DNA of 60,529 nucleotides, counting the filler, from Squatina squatina (taxonomy: Eukaryota), in NCBI GenBank assembly GCA_031763465.1. It is 3 parts of 3 records of this genome, joined end to end, with 100 filler letters (N's around TTAATTAATTAA, not from the genome) between each part and the next. Parts side by side here need not be neighbours in the genome. Positions count along the whole stretch, not along the records: positions 40,675 to 60,529 come from JARFOE010000004.1; 2 more parts are not named here. The stretch is one strand, 5' to 3'. Under the pieces are notes generated by a model, which was not told where the DNA came from, did not search any database, and worked only from the letters and a program-made list of their open reading frames with translations. The position numbers and the translations under genes are program-made. This document shows, piece after piece, positions 48,494-60,529 of the stretch; the first letter of the stretch is position 1; each line of letters opens with the position of its first letter.

Positions 48494-51400
48494 NNNNNNN
48501 NNNNNNNNNNNNNNNNNNNNNNNNNNNNNNNNNNNNNNNNNNNNNNNNNNNNNNNNNNNNNNNNNNNNNNNNNNNNNNNNNNNNNNNNNNNNNTTAAAAT
48601 AAGAAGAAGCTATTGATGTGTTTGTGAGCAGAATCCTGCTCTGTTGGTCATCAAGGCCGGCTGCAGAGGAAAGGTAATTAAGTGCAGTATGACTCATCAT
48701 ACAGTGGTGGTATGTTTGCGCGAAGGAGTTTGGGAAATAAGGAACTCTATGCTGTTGAAAAACATGTGATGTATTCTGCATTACATTTTCACAGCAAATT
48801 GGTGTGAGGAACATTTAATTATTGTTACATGCTACATTTTTCCTTAATTCCTTAAATCCAAAATATTCTCAGCATGATGGTAGCAGTCACCTGGTAGTAT
48901 GTGCTTTCGGGCTCAACATCACTCATCTTTATTATCTTTTCACATACGTCATTTAGAATAACATCTTTGTCTCATAGCATTTCAGCAGCACTGGTATAAA
49001 CTTAATTGCAAACGAGTAGCTCATGCTTGAGCCACCTATAACCATCTGAAAGTACTTAATAAATATCTATTATCTATCAAAATAGCTGAGTGGGTTGCAA
49101 CATTTCAAAATTCACTGGAAGACTGTATGTCATGCAGTCTCAGATGGCTCACCAATCAGTCCCCTCCCCAGTGAGTAGCATCCCAGCTCTGCGCAGCATT
49201 GTTCCCTAACCTGCCCCCACCTCATGAGCAGTATTACAGTCCCATTCTCCAACTAATCAGTATTTCATCCCTTAATTCCACCTCCCTCCATTGAGCATCA
49301 TTCCCCATCCAATCAGCACTATGGCCGTCACGCCCCCCTCCCCACTAAGCCAAATTCCAGCCCTTGGCCTCCCTCTTCTCCTGATTAACAACTAGGCCCC
49401 TCACTGAGTGGATTCTTGGTCTTCCCCTACCCCCCACTGAATGGGGAAATCACCCATTGCCCACTGTCCCCACCACAGAACATCAAAACAGGCCCAGGGA
49501 AACTCTTCCCCCTATCATTAATCATCTTATCATCACTTCCACCCTCTCCTCTCCTTCCCCTCCTCAGCCTCCTCTCCCTCTTTACCTCTTCCTCTCTTTC
49601 GCCTCCTTTTGCCTCCTTCTCTTCCCCCGCCCCCGCNNNNNNNNNNNNNNNNNNNNNNNNNNNNNNNNNNNNNNNNNNNNNNNNNNNNNNNNNNNNNNNN
49701 NNNNNNNNNNNNNNNNNNNNNNNNNNNNNNNNNNNNTTTGCGCTAGAAGGAAGGAGTTGGATCAGAGTGGCTTCCATGTCCGTGAAAGAGCAGCTTGGGA
49801 ACAATACAGTACATATCATTACAATGCCCAAAAGTCGTCTGAGGGTTTAGGTAGCTCTATCATCTTTCCTGGCTTTTTAGAAATAAATGAAACAAGAAGT
49901 GGAATCCGGAACACTCTCTTCCCCAAAAGGTGTAATTTCACTTGTTTATTTTTAGAAAGCTCATTACAATTATGTAACGCTTTAGTTTAAAAAAAATACC
50001 TCTCTAATAGAACTTAATTTTGTGTTGCTAAGTGACAAAAGCAATCATTTACATTTCATTAAAAAAAATTTCAATTATGTTTCGAAGTGTGCTGCATAGA
50101 TTCAAATTTAAACCAATCTCATGGTACTTTTTGTGAGTACTATTTGCACATTGTATGATAATTGTCAATATTTTTACCTTTCTAGAAGGATTTCAGTGAG
50201 CAGTAATTACCCATTGGGTTTGTTTACCCTTTACGTATCTGTCTGGTGGGAATCCATTCACTCCTCAGCACCAGCTTGTGTGAATTTTCTTGATTTAGAA
50301 TCATTTAGATGATTATGCAGGATTCATGATTTTACATCAGCAGCAGCTACTGCTGATTGATGAGACCTCATCAACCATCCTGCCCACTGAATACATTCAG
50401 TGTGATAAAGCTGTTTGTCGTCAATGGTGATGGTGCTGTGGAGGAAGTTTGCTATATATGGCAAGCAGAATGAATGATGTCACCATAATAGATGGTTCAA
50501 ATCTTCACGAGGATCATCTAAGTATTGATATTTACCACATTAGTTATAGCATCGAAGATATGATCTTTTAAAATAACATGCTAAATTAATATTTTATACA
50601 ATAATAGTAGTTAATGGTGGTAATAATAGTCGTTAAGCGACTTTATACTAATGATGAGTGCAGAGCTATAAAATCCTGTGTCTCTGCTTCATTACTGTTT
50701 ACCAATGACTCTTCTGATAGTAATTTGAACATTTATGATAAACGTGGAGTTATAACTATCATTATGGTAAATGTTTTCAGGTTTCACAGTGGACGGTGAT
50801 ACATTTTTGCTGTTATGATTTCANNNNNNNNNNNNNNNNNNNNNNNNNNNNNNNNNNNNNNNNNNNNNNNNNNNNNNNNNNNNNNNNNNNNNNNNNNNNN
50901 NNNNNNNNNNNNNNNNNNNNNNNTGCAGTATAGTGTGTTTTTTTGCAGCCTTAATAGCAGTCTAGCCAAAGGACAATGCACAATAGGATGGAATAAATAT
51001 ACCATTTGATCACTGGTTTGATCCTTTAAAAAAAAAATCATCCTTTTCTGCTGAATATGCTTCTCATCACTATGTGTCAGCACGAATAGCCTAAATATTA
51101 GGACTTTACTGGGGTACACTAAATAGGCTTGGAAGGTAAGTCTAAGGCAACTGTTTCATTTCCTACTTTGCTTACAGTAGATTTTTTTTGCAACCAGATT
51201 CCATTGGAAGGAATTGTAACAGGTTTGCATTTGTGTATTGAAGTAGGTTTGGATTGATCTTCATGCTGTGAAATGTTGTTGAAGAGGAAAATGTCATGCC
51301 ACTGATAGAGATTGTTCTTTAGAATTGTACTTATTTGTCATTCCGATATGTTATAACACAGTGTGGTCCACAGTTGCTATGAGCAGCTGTGTTTCAGTCT

Positions 51401-53618
51401 CTAAGCACAGGGTAATGGCAGACATGGCTGAATCTCTGACAGAGAAAGTCCTTTATCTAGTGGGCTTATTAACTACATGACTACCAATAGATGTTTGATC
51501 TTTTATTTGATGACATTTTTAATTGAAATGTCCCTTGTCATTTTTGTTCATTCTTTCTTAATGAGCCAAAGGTGGCATTACTGTTGAGACGATACTCAAG
51601 CAATGTGGTATTACTCAGAAACAGAACATAATTCTGCATTTTCACCGTGGCTACCAGTTGTCAAAATAAAACTGAAGGTGAAGTGAAAGAAGATTCAACA
51701 TGAAACATTAATCAAGTTTAAACTGGTGCACCTGAAGTAATGGGAAGCAGTACAAAGAATATGAACGATTACAATGGTTAAGATCTGAACTTTCAAATGA
51801 AGCAGACATTCATGCTTATGAAACAATCTTTCTATTAACACCCATCCATCCTTGCCACGCTAAAATACCTCAGGAGTGGTTGCCTATTCATTTTATTTGT
51901 AATATTAGTAATAGATGATAATAGCTGCAAGATTCACAAATCCATTATGTCTGCTCNNNNNNNNNNNNNNNNNNNNNNNNNNNNNNNNNNNNNNNNNNNN
52001 NNNNNNNNNNNNNNNNNNNNNNNNNNNNNNNNNNNNNNNNNNNNNNNNNNNNNNNNCGAGTTGTGATTTGCTATTGATGGTAAACCACTGAAAATCAAAT
52101 CAACCTTAACTGACAGTGTCTTCACATCATAACGCACAAGTGGAAAAAGCATCCTCCATTTTAAAATTAAGATTTTGGTATCTGATTTAACTTTTGGGAA
52201 AACTCCAGATGCACCTAGATTATTAGGTTCAAAATTGGGCAGGCGAAAACCTGACCAGTTTAATTGCAGATTCAGAGTGATAAAATGATTAATTTTGCAT
52301 GATTAAGTCTGATGACCAATGTATTTCCTGCAGTGCTGGATGATCTGACTTAAAACAAAGGAACTTTAGAATTGCAAAGAAATGTAGCTGACAGAAAGTT
52401 TCTTGAGAGGGGAAAACAAAAGATTTAAAAATTCTAAGTGAGGAATAATTTGTTTCTTTTGTTAGAATGTAATTTTAGATCTTGGTGTGAAGCCTTCCTC
52501 GCATGGGTGAGTACTGGGAAACCTTACTTTGGTTCTGAATTTGAGGCCATGAAGGGAGATCGCTGAGATTTTAAATGTACTTTGTGTGACTGCAGGAAGA
52601 ATGGAAAGACAAATGGCCACTGATGCTGTGGTAGAGTGCCTTCTCAAAGGGGATTCGAAGAAATTCCAGAAAAAAGTCAATCATCTAAAGGATCCAGAGG
52701 TGCAGCTACCCCACTCATGTTGACCAGGCTGTTGGTGAAGATGCAATCTGTGATCAGTGGGCAGTGTATTACAAATCACTACTTGACAATGTTCAAAGGA
52801 ACAAGTGCAAAGAAATCTCTTGGGTGTCCAGCAGCGATTTGCTTTTGCGATTTATTTAGCAGCAATATAACAGTGACTGAAGTTTATGGTTTTATTTCCA
52901 GTCTACCAACTGTTAAGTCCCAGGGGAACGGGTCCAGATGGACTGACAAGTGAACATTTAAGTTCACAGATGGTAGACTCCTGGAGTTGTTCCCTTGGCT
53001 TTTCAACATGAATTTCATGCATTATTTGCCTAAATTCATTGAGATTTTAGTTGTACTAGCTTTTTTTAAAAAAATAGTTATAGATAGCCTTTCAAGCATT
53101 AACAGCTTTTTGTCCAATTACTGGTGCAATTATTCTTAAAGTTTGTTCTCGAATTCTATCTTTTCTCTTTCACTGGTGAAGTTTATGAGATCTAGTTCAG
53201 TATTGGAAAAAAGTTTATTACAGACTACTTGTTTTTCCTAAAAGAAGTGGATATCAATTTGTAATATANNNNNNNNNNGAAAGCAATTTGAGCTCACAAA
53301 GCTATTTTACTACTTGCTTAGACGTTTCGTGGTTAGATTTATAAAAATTCTTCATTTTGGTTATATTTGATGGGGATTTAGTATCTATGTTTTCAAGTTG
53401 TAAATGATATGAGATGCGGCTGATTTCTGTCCTTTGTAACCTATATGTAAATTATTTCAAAATTCTCACCCTTGTTTTCAAATCCCTCCATGGCCTCGCC
53501 CCTCCCTCTCTCTGTAATNNNNNNNNNNNNNNNNNNNNNNNNNNNNNNNNNNNNNNNNNNNNNNNNNNNNNNNNNNNNNNNNNNNNNNNNNNNNNNNNNN
53601 NNNNNNNNNNNNNNNNNN

Positions 53619-54192
53619 CTTTCAATTTAGCATACTGTATTTGCTGTTCACGATGTGATCTCCTCTACATTGGGGAGACCAAACGTAGATTGGGTGACCA
53701 CTTTGCAGAACACCTCCGTTCAGTCTGTAAACGTGACCCTGAGCTTCCAGTCGCCTGTCACTTTAATTTTCTGCTTCGTTCCCATTCTGATCTCTCCATC
53801 CATGGCCTCTTACACTGTTCCAAAGTAGCTCAACGTAAGCTCGAGGAACAGCACCTCATCGTTCATTTAGGCACTTTACAGCCTTCCGGACTCAATATCG
53901 AGTTCAACAATTTCAAACCATAACCTCTGCCCTATATTTTTTTAATTAATTTATTTATTTTCTGGTTTTGTTTCCCTTCCACTGCAGCTGCTGATAATTC
54001 TGTCATCCCCATTATTATCCTATCTAGACTCATCTTTTGATTCTTAACTTGCCCATTACCATCTCCTTTTTCCTTCCACCATCTCTGAATGTCTCTTAAT
54101 CTCTCCTGCCTTCCATCCTATTACAGACCTTCACTTTTGTTCTTTCCTCCCCTCCCCCCTTTCCCTACCCCTGCACGTGCTTTAAAACATGT
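53619..54192 (+). mobile_element. Penelope-like retroelement: GIY-YIG endonuclease C-terminus (to 53923) and pyrimidine-rich 3' region
   Basis: NLAYCICCSRCDLLYIGETKRRLGDHFAEHLRSV..PVACHFN..RKLEEQHLIVHLGTLQPSGLNIE. Confidence 0.9.
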
Positions 54193-55194
54193 NNNNNNNN
54201 NNNNNNNNNNNNNNNNNNNNNNNNNNNNNNNNNNNNNNNNNNNNNNNNNNNNNNNNNNNNNNNNNNNNNNNNNNNNNNNNNNNNNNNNNNNNGTGGCATT
54301 AAGGCATTCAAAAGTGTGTAGTTGCAATGGAAATTAACACTTCTACATGTGTTTTGTGATTTGGATAAATAATAATAAGTGAATTTGGCTTATTCATCAC
54401 TGTTTGAATGCATGGTATTCCTCGTTTGAAGAATTGAAATAGTAATGGCTGTTTCTTTTCATCTTTTTGCTGTAGAATCACAGTGTACTTTGTGTGGTGA
54501 GCCAGAAGGTGAGTGATCCTATTTCTAATACTTTTGCTGTTGATTACCAGTGTTTGTCTGAAACTGGAAAGTGTTATCACTTGATATCTTATGACGTGAT
54601 TACAGATTAATTCAAAAAACATACCTTTATTCTTCTGAGGGCAGCCATACTTTTATATAACATCATAAGCTTCTTCTCATAAACATCAGTCCAGGTATAC
54701 GAGCATGAAAAATTTCCAAATATGTGGCAAAGGTCTGTGTAATGATATGTGTATTCATTCAGTAACTGAAGGAGGTTTGTTGAAGCCCTATCACAATCTA
54801 ATTCCTAAAATGGAATTAAATTCATGAGAACAGAGGTGAAAGATACACCATGCAATAACTTACTCTTGAAATACAATCAAACCATTTGAAACCATATTAA
54901 TTGTTACATCCCAATAGTGCTTAGATAGCACGATAGACATCAATTCATATTGTAACACCTTGAGTGATTTAAATGACAAACAGAAAAATTGTATAACTTA
55001 CAAGGTTTCTGTATTTATTTTAGTTGGGCTGTACAATCTCCAAATGAAAGAATGAACNNNNNNNNNNNNNNNNNNNNNNNNNNNNNNNNNNNNNNNNNNN
55101 NNNNNNNNNNNNNNNNNNNNNNNNNNNNNNNNNNNNNNNNNNNNNNNNNNNNNNNNNAATCCTGATGTGTCCTGGCAGCACTGATTGCACTTAC

Positions 55195-55208
55195 CTGAAT
55201 AAAATTTC
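55195..55208 (-). other. Candidate 14-nt microexon
   Basis: TTGCTTTCCTGCTTGCTTTGCAG|GAAATTTTATTCAG|GTAAGT. Confidence 0.35.
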
Positions 55209-58079
55209 CTGCAAAGCAAGCAGGAAAGCAATGGAATTGAATCTGTTGCAAGTCAATTATTAATCTGCAACAGCCTCATTCCTCTGAGATGGGAATTCAG
55301 ATACTTGGGATTTATTTGAGTTGTTGGTTCTGGCAAATTAGCTGGAGCAGTTGAAAAGCATTTGCCAATTCATTATGATTGTGGTGATAGCTAATCAGCT
55401 TTTTTTGTTTGTTTTCTATTTACCTAATTCAAATAGCTTATGAATGAATTCAAGCAGCACAGTGACATTGAGTCTTAATAATGCTAAACGTCATTGAGCA
55501 CGTGGACACAGATATGATCCCTCCCTCCAAAATCCAAGCATTGCTGAGCAAAGAGATGCTAAATGTAGGGTGTAGCTTCTTTCAGCAATGGAGGGAAGCG
55601 GTGGTGGGTATGACCAGCCAGAGGGAAATTTGGACAGGGCAAATTAACAATAATGCAACAAGAGGCAAAACCATGCCCATCCAGCAAAGCAAAAATCTCC
55701 TTTGTGCACCATAGATATTCAGACATAGTTTGGGGCTACAGACATGTTTAAATGGCCAATTATCTTTTGCTTGGTTTCAGCAAGAATTACGATGAGATGA
55801 ATGCCAACAGATGTTTCTGGGAAATTTCCGGCCAATCAATTACATAATTGGATTCTGAAAAATAACCATCAGTGAACTGATGATTAGCAAATTGAGTCAA
55901 GGCCAAGTGTGCCACATAGGATAACGAGCATTGTGTTGCATGACACACAGGTTGAAAAGAATAGAAGGCTGAAATAAATTAAGCAGTAATGATTAAGTTC
56001 TCTAAACTTGGGTTTTAAAAGCCTGTAATTTGTAAGAGGCAGGAAAAACTGAGGGAGACAGAGAGTTTTGAAGTCCTGGTAAATAATGATTTAGAGTAGG
56101 TGATTGCAATGATTCTTGATTTCAACACAATGCAGATGGGAGNNNNNNNNNNNNNNNNNNNNNNNNNNNNNNNNNNNNNNNNNNNNNNNNNNNNNNNNNN
56201 NNNNNNNNNNNNNNNNNNNNNNNNNNNNNNNNNNNNNNNNNNTCGGTGTAAAGAACATGATAAAATATGAGATTTAGACATATATGTAATTAGGAAACAG
56301 GACTGAGTACAACATTATGATGGAGGACCAGTTTAGTAACAATAACTGCAAGAAAGAGAGGCTTCAATGGAAACCAATGCACTTTACATGTACGCAGTGT
56401 ATCTTCCACTGTTAACCTGTAAATATAGATGATATGGAAAAGGCTTTCACAAAGGACCCTTGTAAATGGAATTAGAAAAAAATTAAAGTTCAAAGTAGTG
56501 ACAGTGTTAATCAATTTAACATCCCAGATAAAATATTTAGGAATGTTTCTTTCAATTGGCAAAATACAGAGCAAACACTTAGCTCGTTGTACTGCATTCC
56601 TCTGTTTGCTAATTTTTGGCCTGGTGTTACGAGCTAATGCCTGCCTAAAAATAGCGCATAGAGGAAGTGTTTATACTTGAACTTTACCAGTTGTAAAATA
56701 TGCCGCTTAATGGTGTGTTAATTAAAATCATCAAACAGGATTTGGACAATATATGCTTAGGAATGGGTTTGGGGATTAGAAAGATGAACACAGATAAAAA
56801 TGATTGAAAGTGGTGCGGGGCACGGTGGCTGCTGAATTGCAATCATGGGAAATGTGTCCAAGAAAGCAGCTGGTCAAGGAATAACTAATGTGCTGTAAGG
56901 TTAAATGGGTATTGTGGAGCTTTGCTACAGAGAGAAACTTTGCAGAACCATTCCTCAAGAGCTGAAACAATTTGGTTAATGTCTATCACAGAGTGGATTG
57001 TACACAGTTCATTGAAGGAACAGGTTCATGGGCTGAATGACCTTTACTCATTTTGTGCTTTCTTATGTTTTTATTTTCTAAATTGGAACAAATTACCAGA
57101 GACTCATCTACCTACTAATTTATAATTCAACATGGTTGTTCTTCCTTTAACAGATTTCTTCAATTAGAATAGAAGCCATTCTGTTTTAGTGTGGCTACTC
57201 ACATCCTCATTGCCACACAGCAGCTGCGAATTCTCATGAAAGGCTTTCACGGATAATCCTCAAATCGCCCCATTGATAATATTGCCTATCTTTTTTTTAA
57301 GTAACTTATTTAGATAAGTACAGTATCCGCACTCAGAAAGGCTCAGTCAGTTTGAGAAGCTCTCAAAAGGCATTACTGAAACTTTAACCTTTTGGTTGAT
57401 GCAATACCTGGACAGATCTTGCCAATACATCACTGTTGCATTTTAAAATTCAACAAATTCTGCTCCTTTTGCCAGAAAAATGCTTTGTGCAGTATTTTGT
57501 ACATTTGAGTAATGGTTTACTGAATTTTGAACTGATTTCAGCAGCTGCAAATCATGCTTCATGGAAAGTTTTGTCTTCCTTAATTAACATTTGGACTTTC
57601 TTGCATTTTACTTGCATTTCTGATTAGGGTGCTCATCAGCTTGAAGCACAGAGATCACTCATTATTGAGCTCCGTTGGACCCAGCACACTTTAATGTTTT
57701 CACAATCACTCATTATACATCCCTTAAAATGCCAGTGAAATTGATTCCAGATCTGTTGCCTGTGAAGTGTCCCTGGCAGAGTATCTGAACCAGCTGATTA
57801 GTGATTTGTTTGACTGGATTCCAAAGTATTCCTGCCTTTCACCCCCACAAGATGTGCGGTGTTGGAGGAGATTGTACAAGCACAAGGTTGTAAGCCTAAA
57901 GTCAATCTTCAGATTCATCTCTGGGTAAAGAAATGAGGCCCCACAGTAAGCAATAATATAGTTTGCTTTGTTGCTGTATGGGATAGCCTGAGAACTTGAG
58001 GAACTGATTCAGAAATGGGAAGACTGGTAATGTTGGGGAGCAATCGGGTCAATTGAACTGTATTTTATAACGGAGTGAT

Positions 58080-58445
58080 TCCAGATGACGACTGGAAGCT
58101 ACCGGAAGTTGTGCAAATTAAAAAAAAACGTTCACAACAGCCGGACGACCTGAGAAGTGCTCCGGCTTCCCAGCATTTTCTCCTCGCAGCCCAATCTCTC
58201 CTGGCATTTTCCCGATCTCCCTGCTTTTCTATTTTTTTTAAACAAACCCACTCCCCTGCCGAACCGGCAGCACGCATGCGCAGTCCACTTCCTGTTTGTT
58301 GGCAGGAGTCGTGTCCTTTTTTTAAAAAAAAAGTTTGCTCCTTATTTATTTCAGGTTTTTCCCACGTGAGAGCCGCAATCTTTGTCTTGCGCTCTGTAAC
58401 ATTTGAAAAAAAGTTAGAATCAAAGGATCTTACTCACTTCCTGGT
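58080..58445. promoter_or_regulatory. Housekeeping-type promoter candidate
   Basis: ETS ACCGGAAGT (58101), NRF1-like ACGCATGCGCA (58272), ETS ACTTCCTG (58287), E-box CACGTG (58363), and locally raised CpG. Confidence 0.5.
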
Positions 58446-59545
58446 TCTCGGTCTGTGAGAATTCCGAATTTTGAGTGGCTGCTTAGACANNNNNNNNNNN
58501 NNNNNNNNNNNNNNNNNNNNNNNNNNNNNNNNNNNNNNNNNNNNNNNNNNNNNNNNNNNNNNNNNNNNNNNNNNNNNNNNNNNNNNNNNTAACCTCTTCC
58601 AACCCTACAATTTTCCAAGAACTCTGTGTTCATCTAACACTGACCTTTTGTGCATTTTCAGCAAAATGTGGATGTTAAAAATACAGTATCAGGACTAATT
58701 GGTGTTGTTGGACATGATGTTTGATAATGGTGGCTTAACTTTTCCATTGTTTCCTTCTTCATTTTAACCCAACTGCTATCCACAGTATTAAACTGTGCTG
58801 TTCCTATTGAGGTTCGTGGTATATTTCTTTCTGTGTTGTCCTGAATCTGTTCTGTTTCTGCAGGTAGTATATCCTGTGCTGTTTCTGTTGCAGTACTGTT
58901 TTGATCTGTGGTAAGTTTGTTTTGTTGTTATTGTGTTACTTATATTATGACCAAAAGTAGTTATTCTGAGCCTTCTTGTGGTAAAATTCATGTTTGCTCA
59001 GCATGAGGGAGTGTTTTTTTGGTGTTGTTTGTGCTTTAATGGTGTTGTGTCACCCTGTGTGTTTCTGGTGCTAGATTTTAGATTATTTATTTGTCTTTAT
59101 GTCGTGTTGTACCCTCCCTAAAATTAGCATCATGATAGCTGAAAGCTAGTTTGTCTGTTACACAGGCTTCTGACTGCACAGTTGCTACAGATGGTGTGTG
59201 CGGGGGTTTGTAAAGTACTCCAGGTACAAGTATTGATTGCGGGGACGTACTGTTACTACAATATGTGCAGCTGCAGAGGGATCATAGTTAATAACTTTTA
59301 TAATCAAAGCTTGGGCACAGAGCTTGGTGAAATGGAGTGAATTGCAAACAGACTTTAAAATGTGCATTTGGTGAGAGTGGGAATTCAGTGCAGAGGGAGA
59401 AGGCAATGCTAAATAATTTAAACCAAGAGGCAAGAGTAAATAAGTNNNNNNNNNNNNNNNNNNNNNNNNNNNNNNNNNNNNNNNNNNNNNNNNNNNNNNN
59501 NNNNNNNNNNNNNNNNNNNNNNNNNNNNNNNNNNNNNNNNNNNNN

Positions 59546-59730
59546 GCTCCCTGGGCTTCGAGTTCCCGGGTCTCTGGCTTTTCGGGCCCCTAGCCTCCCA
59601 GTCCTCAGGTCTCTCTCTCTCCCTGCTCCCTGAACCCCTACCTCCTGCTCTCCGGGACTCTCTCCCCGCACCCTGAATCCCGGCCTCCGGCTCCCCGGGT
59701 CTCTCTCTCTCCCCGGGCCTCCAGCTCCCC
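59546..59730. repeat. Pyrimidine-rich degenerate tandem repeat
   Basis: Recurrent CTCCCCGGG/TCTCTCTCTC units. Confidence 0.6.
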
Positions 59731-60529
59731 TATTATCACTACTCGATTGTTCTTGCATCTTTCTGAAATTTTCTTACAGATTTGCTCCTGTATCTGCTTC
59801 CCACTATTTGCTGATTAATAGTATACACCCAGCAGCTCCTCTTCTGTTCCTTAACTCTAACCAAATACATTCTGTACAGTGACAATGTTTACTTCCCTTT
59901 TAACATGCAGCGGCCGCAGTTAACATTGATATGTACCCTTGTAAGTATATGTGCACCAAGTAAACTGCAAAGTCAGATCATTCTGAATAAATACTCATAT
60001 TCTTCATGCTCACTTACTTCATCTGTAAGGCTGAATGCTGTTTAAAAAAAGCCTGACACAATCTATTAGTCATGAATAAAATATGAAACTGCTGAACCAG
60101 TGATTCATTGCTAACCTAAAGAGAAGCATGGAATCCATTATTCAATGACTGCTACTACTTTGCAGTGCTACCTAACCTCAGGTTAATACCTGGGCTTTCC
60201 CCCTGCAGTGCTACATAATAATCACTGGCATTAGTACAGCAAGGTAAGGAGTACTGCTTTGTGAATAATCTGTAATTGAGCATTTCATCAGTTTAAGCCA
60301 ATGTCTCAGCTTAATCACGTTGTTTACTGAATGGCAATAATGTCAGGAGATTTGTATTGCTGTTGCCTTTCGTCGTGCAATAAGGTATATTGGAGAAATA
60401 TTTCTTTTTGTGTGTTGTGTGCAATGAAATTGTTCATTTGTTCTTCATAAATGGGTTTAGTGTTCAGTTAAAAGTAGCTCAAAGGGAGAATCCCATATAT
60501 GTGAAATTCAAATGGAAGAGTTGAACCTG

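Noticed and set aside
50650-50700. SECIS element (ATGA, stem, AAAA loop)
   Set aside because: The 3' GA needed for the non-Watson-Crick quartet is absent, and there is no selenoprotein context.
54625-54734. Possible 110-nt minus-strand exon (DLCHIFGNFSCSYTWTDVYEKKLMMLYKSMAALRRIK)
   Set aside because: The acceptor tract is weak and the peptide unrecognised; chance is sufficient.
57728-57928. Open plus-strand frame SLAEYLNQLISDLFDWIP..
   Set aside because: No convincing splice pair or recognisable family.
58075-58458. 127-aa ORF
   Set aside because: No homology recognised; better explained as promoter or UTR sequence.

Overview
This is eukaryotic (vertebrate) DNA. The repeat landscape (CR1 and L2 LINE tails, tRNA/Deu-type SINEs, Penelope GIY-YIG, PIF/Harbinger elements) points to a cartilaginous fish; that assignment is an inference. 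It is a fragmented draft assembly: roughly 0.6-4 kb contigs are joined by 100-N and 10-N gaps, and three blocks of about 20 kb are joined by an artificial N44-TTAATTAATTAA-N44 linker (20893-20992, 40575-40674). Adjacency across gaps is therefore not proven. Recognisable exons are NEGR1 exon 1, one 330-nt ADGRV1 exon, several exons of a CPT1 gene that best matches CPT1C, and two exons of a Pax6-family gene whose paired-domain tail has decayed (probably Pax10/Pax6.2). The most notable observations are: the paired-less Pax6 paralogue next to cpt1c; a tandemly duplicated CPT1 exon with one copy carrying a stop codon and no donor site; two inverted arrays of a 39-bp satellite; a convergent two-gene Harbinger (transposase + Myb/SANT) layout with several divergent Myb heads; and candidate micro/small exons plus a housekeeping-type promoter in the third block. 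I found no rRNA, tRNA or CRISPR, and no clear new multi-gene system. Comparisons with human proteins and exon sizes are from memory, not from a search.
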